A stretch of 64,000 nucleotides of DNA from Patescibacteria group bacterium (lineage in GTDB: Bacteria; Patescibacteriota; Microgenomatia; UBA8517), in contig JAOAEL010000003.1 in the NCBI GenBank assembly GCA_026416845.1, positions 5,447 to 69,446 of the forward strand, in the 5' to 3' direction. Within the stretch, counting starts at the first letter, position 1. Each line of letters starts with the position of its first letter. Below, piece after piece: positions 48,820-58,498 of this stretch. The position numbers and the translations under genes are program-made. The notes beneath the pieces were generated by a model. It was not told where the DNA came from and ran no database searches. It saw only the letters and a list, made by a program, of their open reading frames with translations.

Positions 48820-50169
48820 TTAAATTTCAATTTCCTGGTTTAAATTCGGCAAAAACACTTCATTAATACTCAATGTTTCAGCAATTTTATCTGCCAAAAC
48901 TCTCCTTTGTTCATCCTCGCCATGTGTGAGTATTACTTTACTTACTCCTTTGATATTAGACAACCAATCTATCAGTTGTCCCTGATCCGCATGCGAGCTC
49001 ATGGATTCAGTATGAGAAACATGCGCTTTTATAAAAATAGTCTCTTCGTCTATAATCACCTGACTTGCACCATCTAAAATCTCTCTTCCTAAAGTCTCCT
49101 CGCCTTGGTAACCAACAAGAAAAATTCTGTTTTTACTATCACCTAAAAACGCCGCCGCGTGAGCTACAATTCTACCACCATTCATCATACCGCTTCCTGC
49201 AATTATAATTTTTGTTTCTTGCGAAGTTCTAATAGCAATACTCTCCTCATAACGCATCACAACCTTTAAACCCGGAAAATAAAAAGGGGGTTCTTTAGAC
49301 AACTCTGACTGAAAATTATAATTGAAAAAATCAAAGTACTTAAGATATATGTCAATTGCTTTTTGTGCCATTGGCCCATCCAAATAAACCGGCAATTCAT
49401 AAGGTATTTTGCCCTCTGCCTTTAAATGTTTAATCAAATGAAGCACTTTTTGAGTCCTATCAAGAGCAAAAGCTGGAATTAAAAGGGTTCCTCCTGTTTT
49501 TACTATTTCAATAATTTCTCGTTCCAATTCTTCACTTGGATCGCTTTTAGGATGAAGCTTATCCCCATATGTTGACTCCATAACAACAACATCCGCATCT
49601 TTTATGAACTCTAACGGCATTAGCAAAGAATCAGGGCTATTTCCCAAATCTCCGCTAAACACAACTTTTTTGATCTTAGAATTTGATTTTGTATCTTCTA
49701 CTAGAACACTTGCAGATCCTAAAAGGTGCCCTGCGTCAAAAAATGTGATTTCAAAATTGCCAATTTTAAATTTTTGATGATATTTAACTATAGCAAAGCG
49801 CGAGATAGTCTTAAAAACTTGCTTTTCATTAAAAAGAATAGGCCTATCATCTTTTATCGCTATCTTTGCCGTGTCCAGAAGCGAAAGAGCCGTTAAGTCA
49901 TATGTGGGAGCCGTAAGCCAAATTTTGCCTCTAAATCCATTTTTTATTGCAATAGGCAATCTACCGCAATGGTCCAAATGGGCGTGAGTAAGTATTATCC
50001 CAGAAAGCTTAGAACAATCATAATCATATCTAAGGTAATTAAGCTTTTCTATTTCTTCTGTTCCCTGAAACATCCCAAGGTCAATCAATATAGACTGCCC
50101 ACTATCCGAAGTTAAAGCATAAGATGAACCAGTAACAGTTCCAGCAGCACCTAAAAATTTTATTTTCAT
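48820..50169 (-). CDS. MBL-fold beta-CASP family hydrolase (RNA-metabolising, RNase J/CPSF-like)
   Basis: ILTHAHLDHCG (HxHxDH metallo-beta-lactamase motif 2). Downstream D and H positions and a ~450-aa length fit beta-CASP nucleases. Confidence 0.6.
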   Translation of the reverse strand: MKIKFLGAAGTVTGSSYALTSDSGQSILIDLGMFQGTEEIEKLNYLRYDYDCSKLSGIILTHAHLDHCGRLPIAIKNGFRGKIWLTAPTYDLTALSLLDTAKIAIKDDRPILFNEKQVFKTISRFAIVKYHQKFKIGNFEITFFDAGHLLGSASVLVEDTKSNSKIKKVVFSGDLGNSPDSLLMPLEFIKDADVVVMESTYGDKLHPKSDPSEELEREIIEIVKTGGTLLIPAFALDRTQKVLHLIKHLKAEGKIPYELPVYLDGPMAQKAIDIYLKYFDFFNYNFQSELSKEPPFYFPGLKVVMRYEESIAIRTSQETKIIIAGSGMMNGGRIVAHAAAFLGDSKNRIFLVGYQGEETLGREILDGASQVIIDEETIFIKAHVSHTESMSSHADQGQLIDWLSNIKGVSKVILTHGEDEQRRVLADKIAETLSINEVFLPNLNQEIEI

Positions 50170-50364
50170 AACAAATAAAATAAATAATATTAAATTAATT
50201 AATTATTGCATATAATCAAAAAAACTATCTTTGAACAACAAACTTAAATGACACTTGCATGTCTAAAAAAAAAGTTTTAAATTTTAGTTAATATAATAAT
50301 AAATACTAATATAAATACATATATACAAGCATTTTCAAAACTCAAATTTCTCTTAAAAAAATAA

Positions 50365-52338
50365 ATGAAAAAACTAAAAAAAAATCAGATTAAAAAGCAA
50401 TCTTTTATATTAGTTCTAACTGCGTTTTTAACTTTATCGCTAATAATAGCAATATATTTGCAAATAAACAGGAAACAAAAACCTATAGAACAAACAATTG
50501 CCACTACTTTAGTAAATGTTTCTCCAATTACAGATTCTATTTTGTCAGATTTTCCTTTCCCAAGAGGCAAATCAGCTCCTTTTGGTTGGTATAGTTGTGG
50601 AGGAGCAGAAGGAAACCCGCCAAGCTATTCTAATATCATGTCCCCAAATAATCCTTGTATTGTTGATAAGTACACTGTTATATTTCCAAGTTTTGGTTTC
50701 GGGGTCAGAAAAACATCTCCGCCTTACAACACCGGAAATCCTTTGATTACAAAAATGAGAGATCTTGATCGTGCAAAACAACATCTTGTTTACCTTGGTT
50801 GCAATTGGAGGAACCCTGATCCTAATGCTACTGGAAACAATTATTACTATAATGCAGCTTGCGAAGATCCTGTTCTTTGGGAAGAAGAAATAAAAAAATT
50901 AAAAGATCAAGGAGTAACAGAAAATGACTTTTTCGCATTTTACCAAACAGATGAACAACACCATTATAATGCACAATTAGCAATGTATAATGCTGTTAAA
51001 AAATACTATCCAAATGTTCCAGTGTTTGCATCACTAAATGACAAAACAAATCTCACCTACAGAGTACCTAAAATAGACGTTTTGGTCGCACAAAGTTATC
51101 CTTATGCTAATGGTGAAAAAATTGCTGGCACATATCTTCGTTTAGCACGAACAATACCTAGATGGCATAATAATAAAAACAACATAAGAATACCTGTTTT
51201 TATGGCAACAGAATCTTATGGAATTTGTAAAGTCGTTCCTGATAATCCTTCTTTAAACACTATTGAAAAAATAAAAAACAGAATAAAAGTTAGTAACATA
51301 ATGGGAATAATGGCCGGAGCGCAAGGAATCATTTCTTACTTTATGGGAACAGAATACGAAAAAGATTGCAACGACAAGTGTGCCAGGTCAACTCCATGTG
51401 AAATCGCACATAAAGAGTTTTATCCTATTTATAATCACATTTGGCCTTGGATTTTAGCAGGAAAAAGAGAAGAATTGCCTGTAAATATTCATAGCGGAGT
51501 AATGATTTCAAGATTAAATAAAACCAGCTTTGTTTATGAACCCAAAAACAACGATATCGGTCCGTTAGAATATAAAACTGTTGTTTCTTGGAAATTTTTA
51601 AACGATTCCAATCAACCTTTAATTTTAGTTGCAAGCCTACTGGAACCATCAGAAACTGTTGAACCAAACAATATAACAATTCAAAATGTACCAAATGGTA
51701 TATACGCAGTTATTGGAGAAAATAAAAATATTGCTGTAACTAGCAATACAATACAAGACACAATTTATCCTTATGGATATCGAATATATCAGTTTGTAAC
51801 TGGTTTTACACCAACACCAACACCAACTCCAACTCCAACACCAACACCAACACCAACACCAACACCAACACCAACTCCAACTCCAACACCAACACCAACT
51901 CCAACAAATTTTGTCAAGATATTAAGAAAATTTAGTAATGCTAAATACTCTATCTCCACTGTTTCTGAAAACATGCAACCATTTACAGACAGGTCAATAA
52001 CTTTAGTATCGGTACCCAAAAAATACTTAGGAGATGTAATACTTCGAACCCCTGTTGAAGATAGAAATAAAACTGAGACAAGATTAATAGAATTGAATAT
52101 AAGTCACAAATCTCAAGTCTATATCGCGTTTGACTCTAGAGTGCCAAGCACAAGTTTACCTTCTTGGCTTTCAGAAAAAAATGGCTGGACAAAAACAAAT
52201 GACGTGCTTCAGTTAAGTGAGTCATCAAAAAGTCATACCTTATATGTAAAAGAATACCCTGCAGGAAATCTGATTTTAAGCGGAGCCAGCCTTCCAGATT
52301 ATTACTTTAATTACTATGTGATAATAAAAAAGATTTGA
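50365..52338 (+). CDS. Secreted/anchored multidomain protein: clan GH-A-like (beta/alpha)8 glycosidase-like domain, (TP)n linker, C-terminal ~145-aa beta-rich module
   Basis: N-terminal signal/anchor (FILVLTAFLTLSLIIAIYL). Central domain has FFAFYQTDE (strand-4 acid/base position, where the paralog has NEP) and VFMATESYG (strand-7 nucleophile TE-x-G pattern). The two are ~90 aa apart, as in clan GH-A. Then about 17 TP dipeptide repeats and a C-terminal beta-rich module of unknown function (CBM- or cohesin-like is not established). Confidence 0.45.
   Translation: MKKLKKNQIKKQSFILVLTAFLTLSLIIAIYLQINRKQKPIEQTIATTLVNVSPITDSILSDFPFPRGKSAPFGWYSCGGAEGNPPSYSNIMSPNNPCIVDKYTVIFPSFGFGVRKTSPPYNTGNPLITKMRDLDRAKQHLVYLGCNWRNPDPNATGNNYYYNAACEDPVLWEEEIKKLKDQGVTENDFFAFYQTDEQHHYNAQLAMYNAVKKYYPNVPVFASLNDKTNLTYRVPKIDVLVAQSYPYANGEKIAGTYLRLARTIPRWHNNKNNIRIPVFMATESYGICKVVPDNPSLNTIEKIKNRIKVSNIMGIMAGAQGIISYFMGTEYEKDCNDKCARSTPCEIAHKEFYPIYNHIWPWILAGKREELPVNIHSGVMISRLNKTSFVYEPKNNDIGPLEYKTVVSWKFLNDSNQPLILVASLLEPSETVEPNNITIQNVPNGIYAVIGENKNIAVTSNTIQDTIYPYGYRIYQFVTGFTPTPTPTPTPTPTPTPTPTPTPTPTPTPTPTPTNFVKILRKFSNAKYSISTVSENMQPFTDRSITLVSVPKKYLGDVILRTPVEDRNKTETRLIELNISHKSQVYIAFDSRVPSTSLPSWLSEKNGWTKTNDVLQLSESSKSHTLYVKEYPAGNLILSGASLPDYYFNYYVIIKKI
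51808..51906 (+). repeat. Hexanucleotide microsatellite (ACACCA/ACTCCA)n encoding a (Thr-Pro)n linker
   Basis: About 16.5 tandem 6-bp units seen directly in the sequence. On the opposite strand it gives a spurious GV-repeat ORF. Confidence 0.9.
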
Positions 52339-52545
52339 CTTAAATCTGTTTTATTTCTAAAGTATGAATTATTTTTTTATGACTTCGTAGTTTCTTCTTA
52401 GTTAGTTAATTGGTTAGCATTTCAATATAAAACAATTTTTAATAAATAAATGTTATAATCTTTATTTGTATATTTGTATTCGTAAATTTTTAAAAGTAAG
52501 ATTAAGTATATTTCCTTTTAACTTTCATATAATTCTTAGATATGT

Positions 52546-53967
52546 ATGTCTAAATTTTACATTACTACAACTCTACCTTATGTAAATGCGAATCCTCATA
52601 TAGGATTCGCGCTTGAAATAGTTCAGGCAGATACAATAGCTCGCACGCATAGATTGCTCGGCGACGAAGTAATATTCAACTTTGGTACAGATGAGCACGG
52701 CCTAAAAATTTACAAAAAAGCTTTGGAAGAAGGAAAAAATCCACAAGACTATGTAGATGAATACGCCAAAAAGTTTGATGCTCTCAAAGAAGCTTTAAAT
52801 CTAACTTACACTAATTTCATAAGAACAACAAATCCTATCCATAAAAAGGCCGCTCAAGAATTTTGGAAAAGATGTCTGGAAAACAAAGATATTTACAAAA
52901 AAATGTACAAAGTCAAATACTGTGTAGGTTGCGAATTAGAAAAAACAGAATCCGAACTTGTTGAAGGTAAATGTCCTCTTCATCCTAACTTGGAATTGGA
53001 AATAATAGAAGAAGAAAATTATTTTTTTAGATTTTCAAAATATCAAAAACCACTTTTGAATTTTTACAAAGAGAACCCAAACTTTATTGTTCCAAACAGT
53101 AAATTTAAGGAAATTAAATCTTTTGTTAAAAAAGGGCTGCAAGACTTTTCTATCTCGCGACTAAAAGCGAAAATGCCTTGGGGTATTGACATACCAAATG
53201 ATCCAGAACAGGTAATGTATGTTTGGTTTGACGCGCTTATAAATTACATATCCACACTTGGATGGCCTAAACAAGATAGCAACTATAAGAATTTCTGGCC
53301 AGGATACCAATTTGCAGGCAAAGACAATTTACGCCAGCAAGCAGCAATTTGGCAAGCAATGCTTATGTCCGCAGGATTGCCCAATTCACGTCAAATATTC
53401 ATACATGGTTTTATAACCGTAAATGGGCAAAAAATAAGCAAGTCTTTAGGAAATGCCATTAATCCCATTGAGATAGTTAACAAATATGGCACCGATGCTT
53501 TAAGATATTACCTCCTAGCAAAAATCCATCCTTACGAAGATAGCGATTTTACTTATGAAAAATTTGAAAAAGTTTACAACGCTGATCTTGCCAACGGACT
53601 TGGAAATTTATTTGCTCGCATTTCTGCAATGACTCGAAATTTGCAAATAGAAACTGACAAAAAAAAGTTAAAAATTTCCAAAGAGGTCGTAAATTGGTTA
53701 TCTGAATATCGTTTTGACAAAGCTTTAAAATTTGTATGGCAACAAATAAAAAAAGCTGATATTTACATAAATGAAAACAAAGTTTGGGAGTTGCCAAACA
53801 TAAAGAAAAAAAACGCACTCTCTTATTTAATCAATGCAATCGAACAAATCGCATTTGACCTTCAACCATTTTTGCCAGAAACTGCAGAAAAAATCCTTAA
53901 TTACGATTTCACATTAATAAAAGCTCCTCAAAAACCTCTCTTCCCAAGGTTAAAACAAAATAAATGA
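52546..53967 (+). CDS. metG: Methionyl-tRNA synthetase (minimal form without C-terminal tRNA-binding appendix)
   Basis: TTTLPYVNANPHIGFA (P-Y-x-N-x-x-PHIGH class I HIGH motif in its MetRS context), KISKSLGN (KMSKS), and zinc-knuckle Cys pairs (CVGC...C). 473 aa. Confidence 0.75.
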   Translation: MSKFYITTTLPYVNANPHIGFALEIVQADTIARTHRLLGDEVIFNFGTDEHGLKIYKKALEEGKNPQDYVDEYAKKFDALKEALNLTYTNFIRTTNPIHKKAAQEFWKRCLENKDIYKKMYKVKYCVGCELEKTESELVEGKCPLHPNLELEIIEEENYFFRFSKYQKPLLNFYKENPNFIVPNSKFKEIKSFVKKGLQDFSISRLKAKMPWGIDIPNDPEQVMYVWFDALINYISTLGWPKQDSNYKNFWPGYQFAGKDNLRQQAAIWQAMLMSAGLPNSRQIFIHGFITVNGQKISKSLGNAINPIEIVNKYGTDALRYYLLAKIHPYEDSDFTYEKFEKVYNADLANGLGNLFARISAMTRNLQIETDKKKLKISKEVVNWLSEYRFDKALKFVWQQIKKADIYINENKVWELPNIKKKNALSYLINAIEQIAFDLQPFLPETAEKILNYDFTLIKAPQKPLFPRLKQNK

Positions 53968-55454
53968 AAACCTTTGTATCAAAACACGATCAATTAATAA
54001 CACGATTACTGGAAATTTTACCCGGATTTACATCGTGGAACTTAATACTGTTCCCTTATTGGGGAATATTTTTGATTCCAAATTTAACAGCATATTTCAT
54101 ATTAGTTTTTAATGTTTACTGGTTTTATCAATCTCTAACAATCGCAATCTCTTCAGTAATCACGCATCTGCGAATACAAGAAACAATCAAAACAAATTGG
54201 GTTAACGAACTCAAAAAATTAAAAAATTACAAGCATGTGCATCATGCTATCATTGTTACCACATACAAAGAACCACTTCATACATTAGAAAAAACACTTG
54301 ACAACATCGCAAATCAAACACTTCCCAAAAACCAAATTTCAGTTTGTTTGGCAATGGAAGCCGCTGAACCGGAAGAAGAAAGAATACCCAAAGTAAAAGC
54401 ATTGCAAAAAAAATTTAGAAACAAATTTGCAAATTTTTTTGTAACTGTGCACACGCTCGCCAAAGGAGAAATCAAAGGCAAAGCCTCAAACGAAAGATAC
54501 GCGGCAATCTGGTTAAAAAATGAACTTGTGGACAAAAGAAAAATGAATATAAAAAATATCATAGTCACAAGTTGCGATGCCGATCATGCATATCACCAAA
54601 GCCATTTTGCGCTTCTAACTTACCAATTTTTGAAAAACCCAAACAGATTGGATACATTCTGGCAAGGGGCGGTTTTGTTTTACAAAAATATCTGGGAATT
54701 GCCAATGATAAGCAGAGTCCTAAACACTCTAATGTCCATGTGGCAATTTTCTCAACTATCAAGAAAAGATAGACTAATAAACGGACAAAATTACTCTTTG
54801 CCACTTTACCTGCTTGACAAAGCTGGCTACTGGGACCCTGACAAAATACCTGAAGATTGGGGAATATTTTTCAAATCTTTTTATGCAAATAATGGCAAAG
54901 TGGAAGTTGAACCTTTGTATTTGCCTGTTTTGGTAGACGCGGCCCAATCAACAACATTTTGGAAAACGATGGTAAACCAATACGAACAACTCAAACGTTG
55001 GGCATGGGGAGTTTCCGACACTCCCTGGATTGTAAAAAATTATTTATTTTCAAGAAACGTTCCCTTCGCATCAAAAACTTTCAGATTAATAACATTTGCT
55101 TGGTCGCACTTCTTGTGGCCTGTAAATTGGTTTCTGATTACAATAGGACTTACTTTGCCATCTTTTATAAATCCAGCTTTTGGAAGAACCACATTAGGAT
55201 ACATGGTTCCACAAGTGTCTTCTCTTCTTCTGACAATAGCGTTATGTTTTTTGGTTGTAATGCTTATTTTTGACAACATTTATCGTCCACCTAAACCTGC
55301 AAATTACCCAAAATGGAAAGTTTTTATAAAACCGCTTGAGTTTGTGTTAATGCCTGTTGTTGGTTTTGTGTTTGGAGCATTGCCGGGGCTGGATGCACAC
55401 ACCAGACTGATGATGGGAAAATATATTGACTATAGGGTTACCGAAAAAGTGTAA
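53964..55454 (+). CDS. Processive family-2 glycosyltransferase (cellulose/chitin-synthase-like) with C-terminal TM domain
   Basis: GT-A fold with DxD (SCDADHAY) and the processive-GT2 motif QYEQLKRWAWG (Q(Q/R)xRW). Two N-terminal and ~4 C-terminal TM helices. Start ATGA overlaps the metG stop (ATAAATGA). Confidence 0.65.
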   Translation: MKTFVSKHDQLITRLLEILPGFTSWNLILFPYWGIFLIPNLTAYFILVFNVYWFYQSLTIAISSVITHLRIQETIKTNWVNELKKLKNYKHVHHAIIVTTYKEPLHTLEKTLDNIANQTLPKNQISVCLAMEAAEPEEERIPKVKALQKKFRNKFANFFVTVHTLAKGEIKGKASNERYAAIWLKNELVDKRKMNIKNIIVTSCDADHAYHQSHFALLTYQFLKNPNRLDTFWQGAVLFYKNIWELPMISRVLNTLMSMWQFSQLSRKDRLINGQNYSLPLYLLDKAGYWDPDKIPEDWGIFFKSFYANNGKVEVEPLYLPVLVDAAQSTTFWKTMVNQYEQLKRWAWGVSDTPWIVKNYLFSRNVPFASKTFRLITFAWSHFLWPVNWFLITIGLTLPSFINPAFGRTTLGYMVPQVSSLLLTIALCFLVVMLIFDNIYRPPKPANYPKWKVFIKPLEFVLMPVVGFVFGALPGLDAHTRLMMGKYIDYRVTEKV

Positions 55455-55559
55455 TACAAAACAAACAAATCAAATAAAATATAAATCTGTTTAAATACTA
55501 TTTCAATATTAATCACTCAAATTTTAATTCGTGGAATAACACAAGCAATCTTAAAGTAA

Positions 55560-56075
55560 AACTTAGCTTCTCTTTTCTCTTAAAGCGTCAACCAAAGGAC
55601 TTGGTGAAATTTTTGGATCTGAAGAGACATCAGCCATGGCTAACAAAAATCTAATCATCTCATATCCATTATATACAGCGCCTATTCTAATCATATTTAC
55701 TTTGTCCATAATTTTTTATCAATTCAGCAACCTTACGCAAGTTTTCAGTAAAAGAACCTATTTGAGTATCCAAAACTAAACTTATGGTACCTCTAATTCT
55801 ATTAGCATATTCATCACTATCATAAAATCCAAAAGCGGATATTACACTTCCTTGAAAGATCCGAAAACATCTGATTCATCATAATATCTTGTCCCAAAAA
55901 CAAATCCTATTGGTTTTAATCTCTCTAAAGGTGTGGCAATCGCAATTTCCACCTTTAATCTACTATAAATTTCATCTGAAAAAATATAACTCGCAAATAA
56001 AAAATACTCTGTCTCCAAACAATCAACATATTTAGTAATCTTTCCAGAAATTCTTCCAGAAATTCTTAGTAACAA
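55560..56075 (-). pseudogene. Frameshifted remnant of an unidentified gene
   Basis: Three consecutive minus-strand frames read ...LETEYFLFASYIFSDEIYSRLKVEIAIATPLERLKPIGFVFGTRYYDESD.. / SVISAFGFYDSDEYANRIRGTISLVLDTQIGSFTENLRKVAELIKNYGQSKYD / VYNGYEMIRFLLAMADVSSDPKISPSPLVDALRE, all without stops. This fits a ~170-aa gene broken by two frameshifts. Confidence 0.3.
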
Positions 56076-56342
56076 AGGACAAAAGAAACATGATCTTTAA
56101 GCCTAGCTTGTTTTACTTGGTGCAATATTATTAAAAAAAGCCAATTTCATTATTAACTTTGTTGTTGAAACATTCGCAAATGTTGCTTGGCTTTGGTTGT
56201 TTTTATAATATCTTCGTACGGATTTATAGAAAACAATATCATCAATCCTATAACTACCAAACTTGCAGCATAAAAAATTTGTGGATACAAATTAAAGCAA
56301 ACTAAAACAATAAGCAATATTCTGTCAAGCTCAGTAAGTAAA

Positions 56343-57005
56343 TTAGATATATAAATAAATTAACAAAAACGCCAAAATTGCCAAAATAGCAACAATTATA
56401 ACTCCCAAACTAATAATCCACGCTAGTACTTTCCTCGCTTTACTAACCTCTCTAACCTGAAGAACTACTGTTTTTGCAATTTTGTCATGCCATCCCTGGT
56501 TTTTCTTATCAAACAAAATCCACAAAAATCCAATCATAAAAAATAATGAAGAAATTGTCTTGCCAACCACTTCTCTTAGTATCACTCTAAACCAAGTAAT
56601 CTCTGCCCCGTCTTCTGATCTAACCTCCAAACCAACAAATTGCTTGCCAAATGTCGCATTTTTAAACCTTAACAAAAAAACACCATAAAAAACAGAAATT
56701 AAGCTGGATAAATTCTGAGCCATATTCCAATTTTGTAATACACTTAAGTTATTACTCCTATAATTACTTGCCTCATAAAGCAAAGCGTAATAAAAAGGAA
56801 ATAAGAAAAAAATAACCATGACAAAAATTATCAATGCATCAAGAATAGCTGCAATAAAACGAAGTGATAAACTTGCATATGCGTACGTCTCCCTAGTACC
56901 AGTAGTACAAGTCTGACCCTCGGCAACCGCAGCAACATTATTATTACTTTTAGTTTGATTTACCGATCCTATGTTTTCACTTACCTCACTTGTGTGTTCG
57001 TACAT
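56343..57005 (-). CDS. RDD-family membrane protein
   Basis: RFIAAILDALIIFVMVIFF ... R ... NQGWHDKIAKTVV: RDD-domain pattern (conserved Arg and two Asp in a three-TM domain). S/T/N-rich N-terminal tail. Confidence 0.5.
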   Translation of the reverse strand: MYEHTSEVSENIGSVNQTKSNNNVAAVAEGQTCTTGTRETYAYASLSLRFIAAILDALIIFVMVIFFLFPFYYALLYEASNYRSNNLSVLQNWNMAQNLSSLISVFYGVFLLRFKNATFGKQFVGLEVRSEDGAEITWFRVILREVVGKTISSLFFMIGFLWILFDKKNQGWHDKIAKTVVLQVREVSKARKVLAWIISLGVIIVAILAILAFLLIYLYI

Positions 57006-57162
57006 GTGTATTTACACTTTACCACATACCAGAGATCTCTCAATACTCTATTTGAATTAAACAAATGCCTTGGTCAACAGATATCAAAATTGCTTAACAA
57101 AAACTTTGGCATTGGCATCCCAAATGCCTATTCTATACCATTATTTTGCTAGTCAAATGTTA

Positions 57163-57900
57163 CTATAACTGATAATTTTTCAACCAGATCACATAATCAA
57201 TTCCATCTATCAATCCATTGTTGTCAAAATCACCATATCTCGCTCCTTTTTTAGCTTGCAAATAATTATTTAACCATATCACATAATCACTTCCATCTAC
57301 TTTATTGTCACAATTTGCATCTCCGGCTTTTGTACAATAAATAGACGGAATTGGACTGGTTGACATTAGACTGTTATTAATACAAGTTTCTTTCACATCT
57401 TTAATAACTCCATGCAACTGCGGCGAGTTAAAAAGATATTGACGATACTCTGCAGGATTTCTCCATGGGTAATAAATTAATCCATCAAGAGTTCCTGTAC
57501 TAATTATTTCACAAGTAAAATTTTTCAATTGCGAATATGTCGGCATTATATAATTACCACTTGGAGCTCCACCAAAAGTCTGAACCGAAAAAAATAATTG
57601 TGCATTAATGCCTCTTTCTTGTAAAATTTTTCTATCATTTTTTACACTCTCGATAGCATCCTGACAACTTCCCTCTGCGCCACCAAAACAATGAAGCCAA
57701 ACCGCAATTATATCTCCCATACCATTTGTAATTTTGGCACTAGAATTTTGTTTCTCTAAATCCGCAATTCCATCCATATAGACAAAAACTGGAACGTCTG
57801 GCGCTATTCTCTTCATTGCGGCATAAAGATTCCTGATGTCATCATTTGCTGTAGCCAAGTTGAGACCAGCTGACCAATATGGCTCATTAATATTGAACAC
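57163..57900 (-). CDS. Dockerin-containing protein with N-terminally truncated, probably non-catalytic GH-A-like domain (paralog of 50365-52338 core)
   Basis: C-terminus DANCDNKVDGSDYVIWLNNY ... DFDNNGLIDGIDYVIWLKNY gives two 12-residue Ca-binding loop plus helix repeats, a type I dockerin pattern. N-terminal 190 aa aligns with the catalytic-like domain of 50365-52338 (APDVPVF/YPNVPVF, DIIAVWLHCF/DVLVAQSYPY, FFSVQTFGG/VFMATESYG) starting exactly at the strand-4 NEP motif. GTG start. The in-frame upstream reading (..ALIKSCLRIIIVLVVFNINEP) continues as a beta strand until a stop at 57964-57966. Confidence 0.5.
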   Translation of the reverse strand: MFNINEPYWSAGLNLATANDDIRNLYAAMKRIAPDVPVFVYMDGIADLEKQNSSAKITNGMGDIIAVWLHCFGGAEGSCQDAIESVKNDRKILQERGINAQLFFSVQTFGGAPSGNYIMPTYSQLKNFTCEIISTGTLDGLIYYPWRNPAEYRQYLFNSPQLHGVIKDVKETCINNSLMSTSPIPSIYCTKAGDANCDNKVDGSDYVIWLNNYLQAKKGARYGDFDNNGLIDGIDYVIWLKNYQL

Positions 57901-58498
57901 TACAAGTACAATTATTATCCTTAAACATGATTTAATTAATGCATATTCACCCCAAGACTTGCCTCAATACCGTTTCGCAAACAACACGCGGTTTTACTTG
58001 ACATATAATCTTAAATACCACAATTATCTAATCACTTCAGATAACTTCCCAAAACATCTCTTTGGAAGCAAAGATTCCATCACAAAATTTAATTCATGTG
58101 ATTTTACACAAACCATATCTTGAACATCAACTGTACCGCGTCATGCCATTAAAAGAACTTTAGATTGTGCAAAAACAATTTGATTAGAAAGAAAAAAAAG
58201 ATAAAAATGTCTTAATTTCAAGCATTTTTTGTAAAATCCTATAACCTAATTTATTTCTAGTTTAATTTGCTGTCTTTACATCTGGGTTTTGATAGATGAA
58301 ATTTCAATTTATGGAAATTTAGTTTGCGTTATTTTTCTCTAAGACAGAAAAAGCCTGACAAAAATTAAACAAATAAAAAACATATAATGAAAAACAACCT
58401 AATTTTAATTATTTTAAATATACAAAAAGAAACTAACCTTTATCTAAATTAACTATTATTATAGTGTTATCAATTATAGTGTTAGCAATAAGCTTTTT

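Noticed and set aside
51808-51906. Possible CRISPR-like repeat array
   Set aside because: It is a perfect tandem 6-bp microsatellite without spacers, inside a coding region. It is not a CRISPR array, and no CRISPR repeats were seen elsewhere in the window.
51789-52019. 76-aa minus-strand ORF translating to (GV)n
   Set aside because: It is the reverse-complement reading of the (TP)n microsatellite inside the 50365-52338 gene, so it is a spurious antisense ORF.
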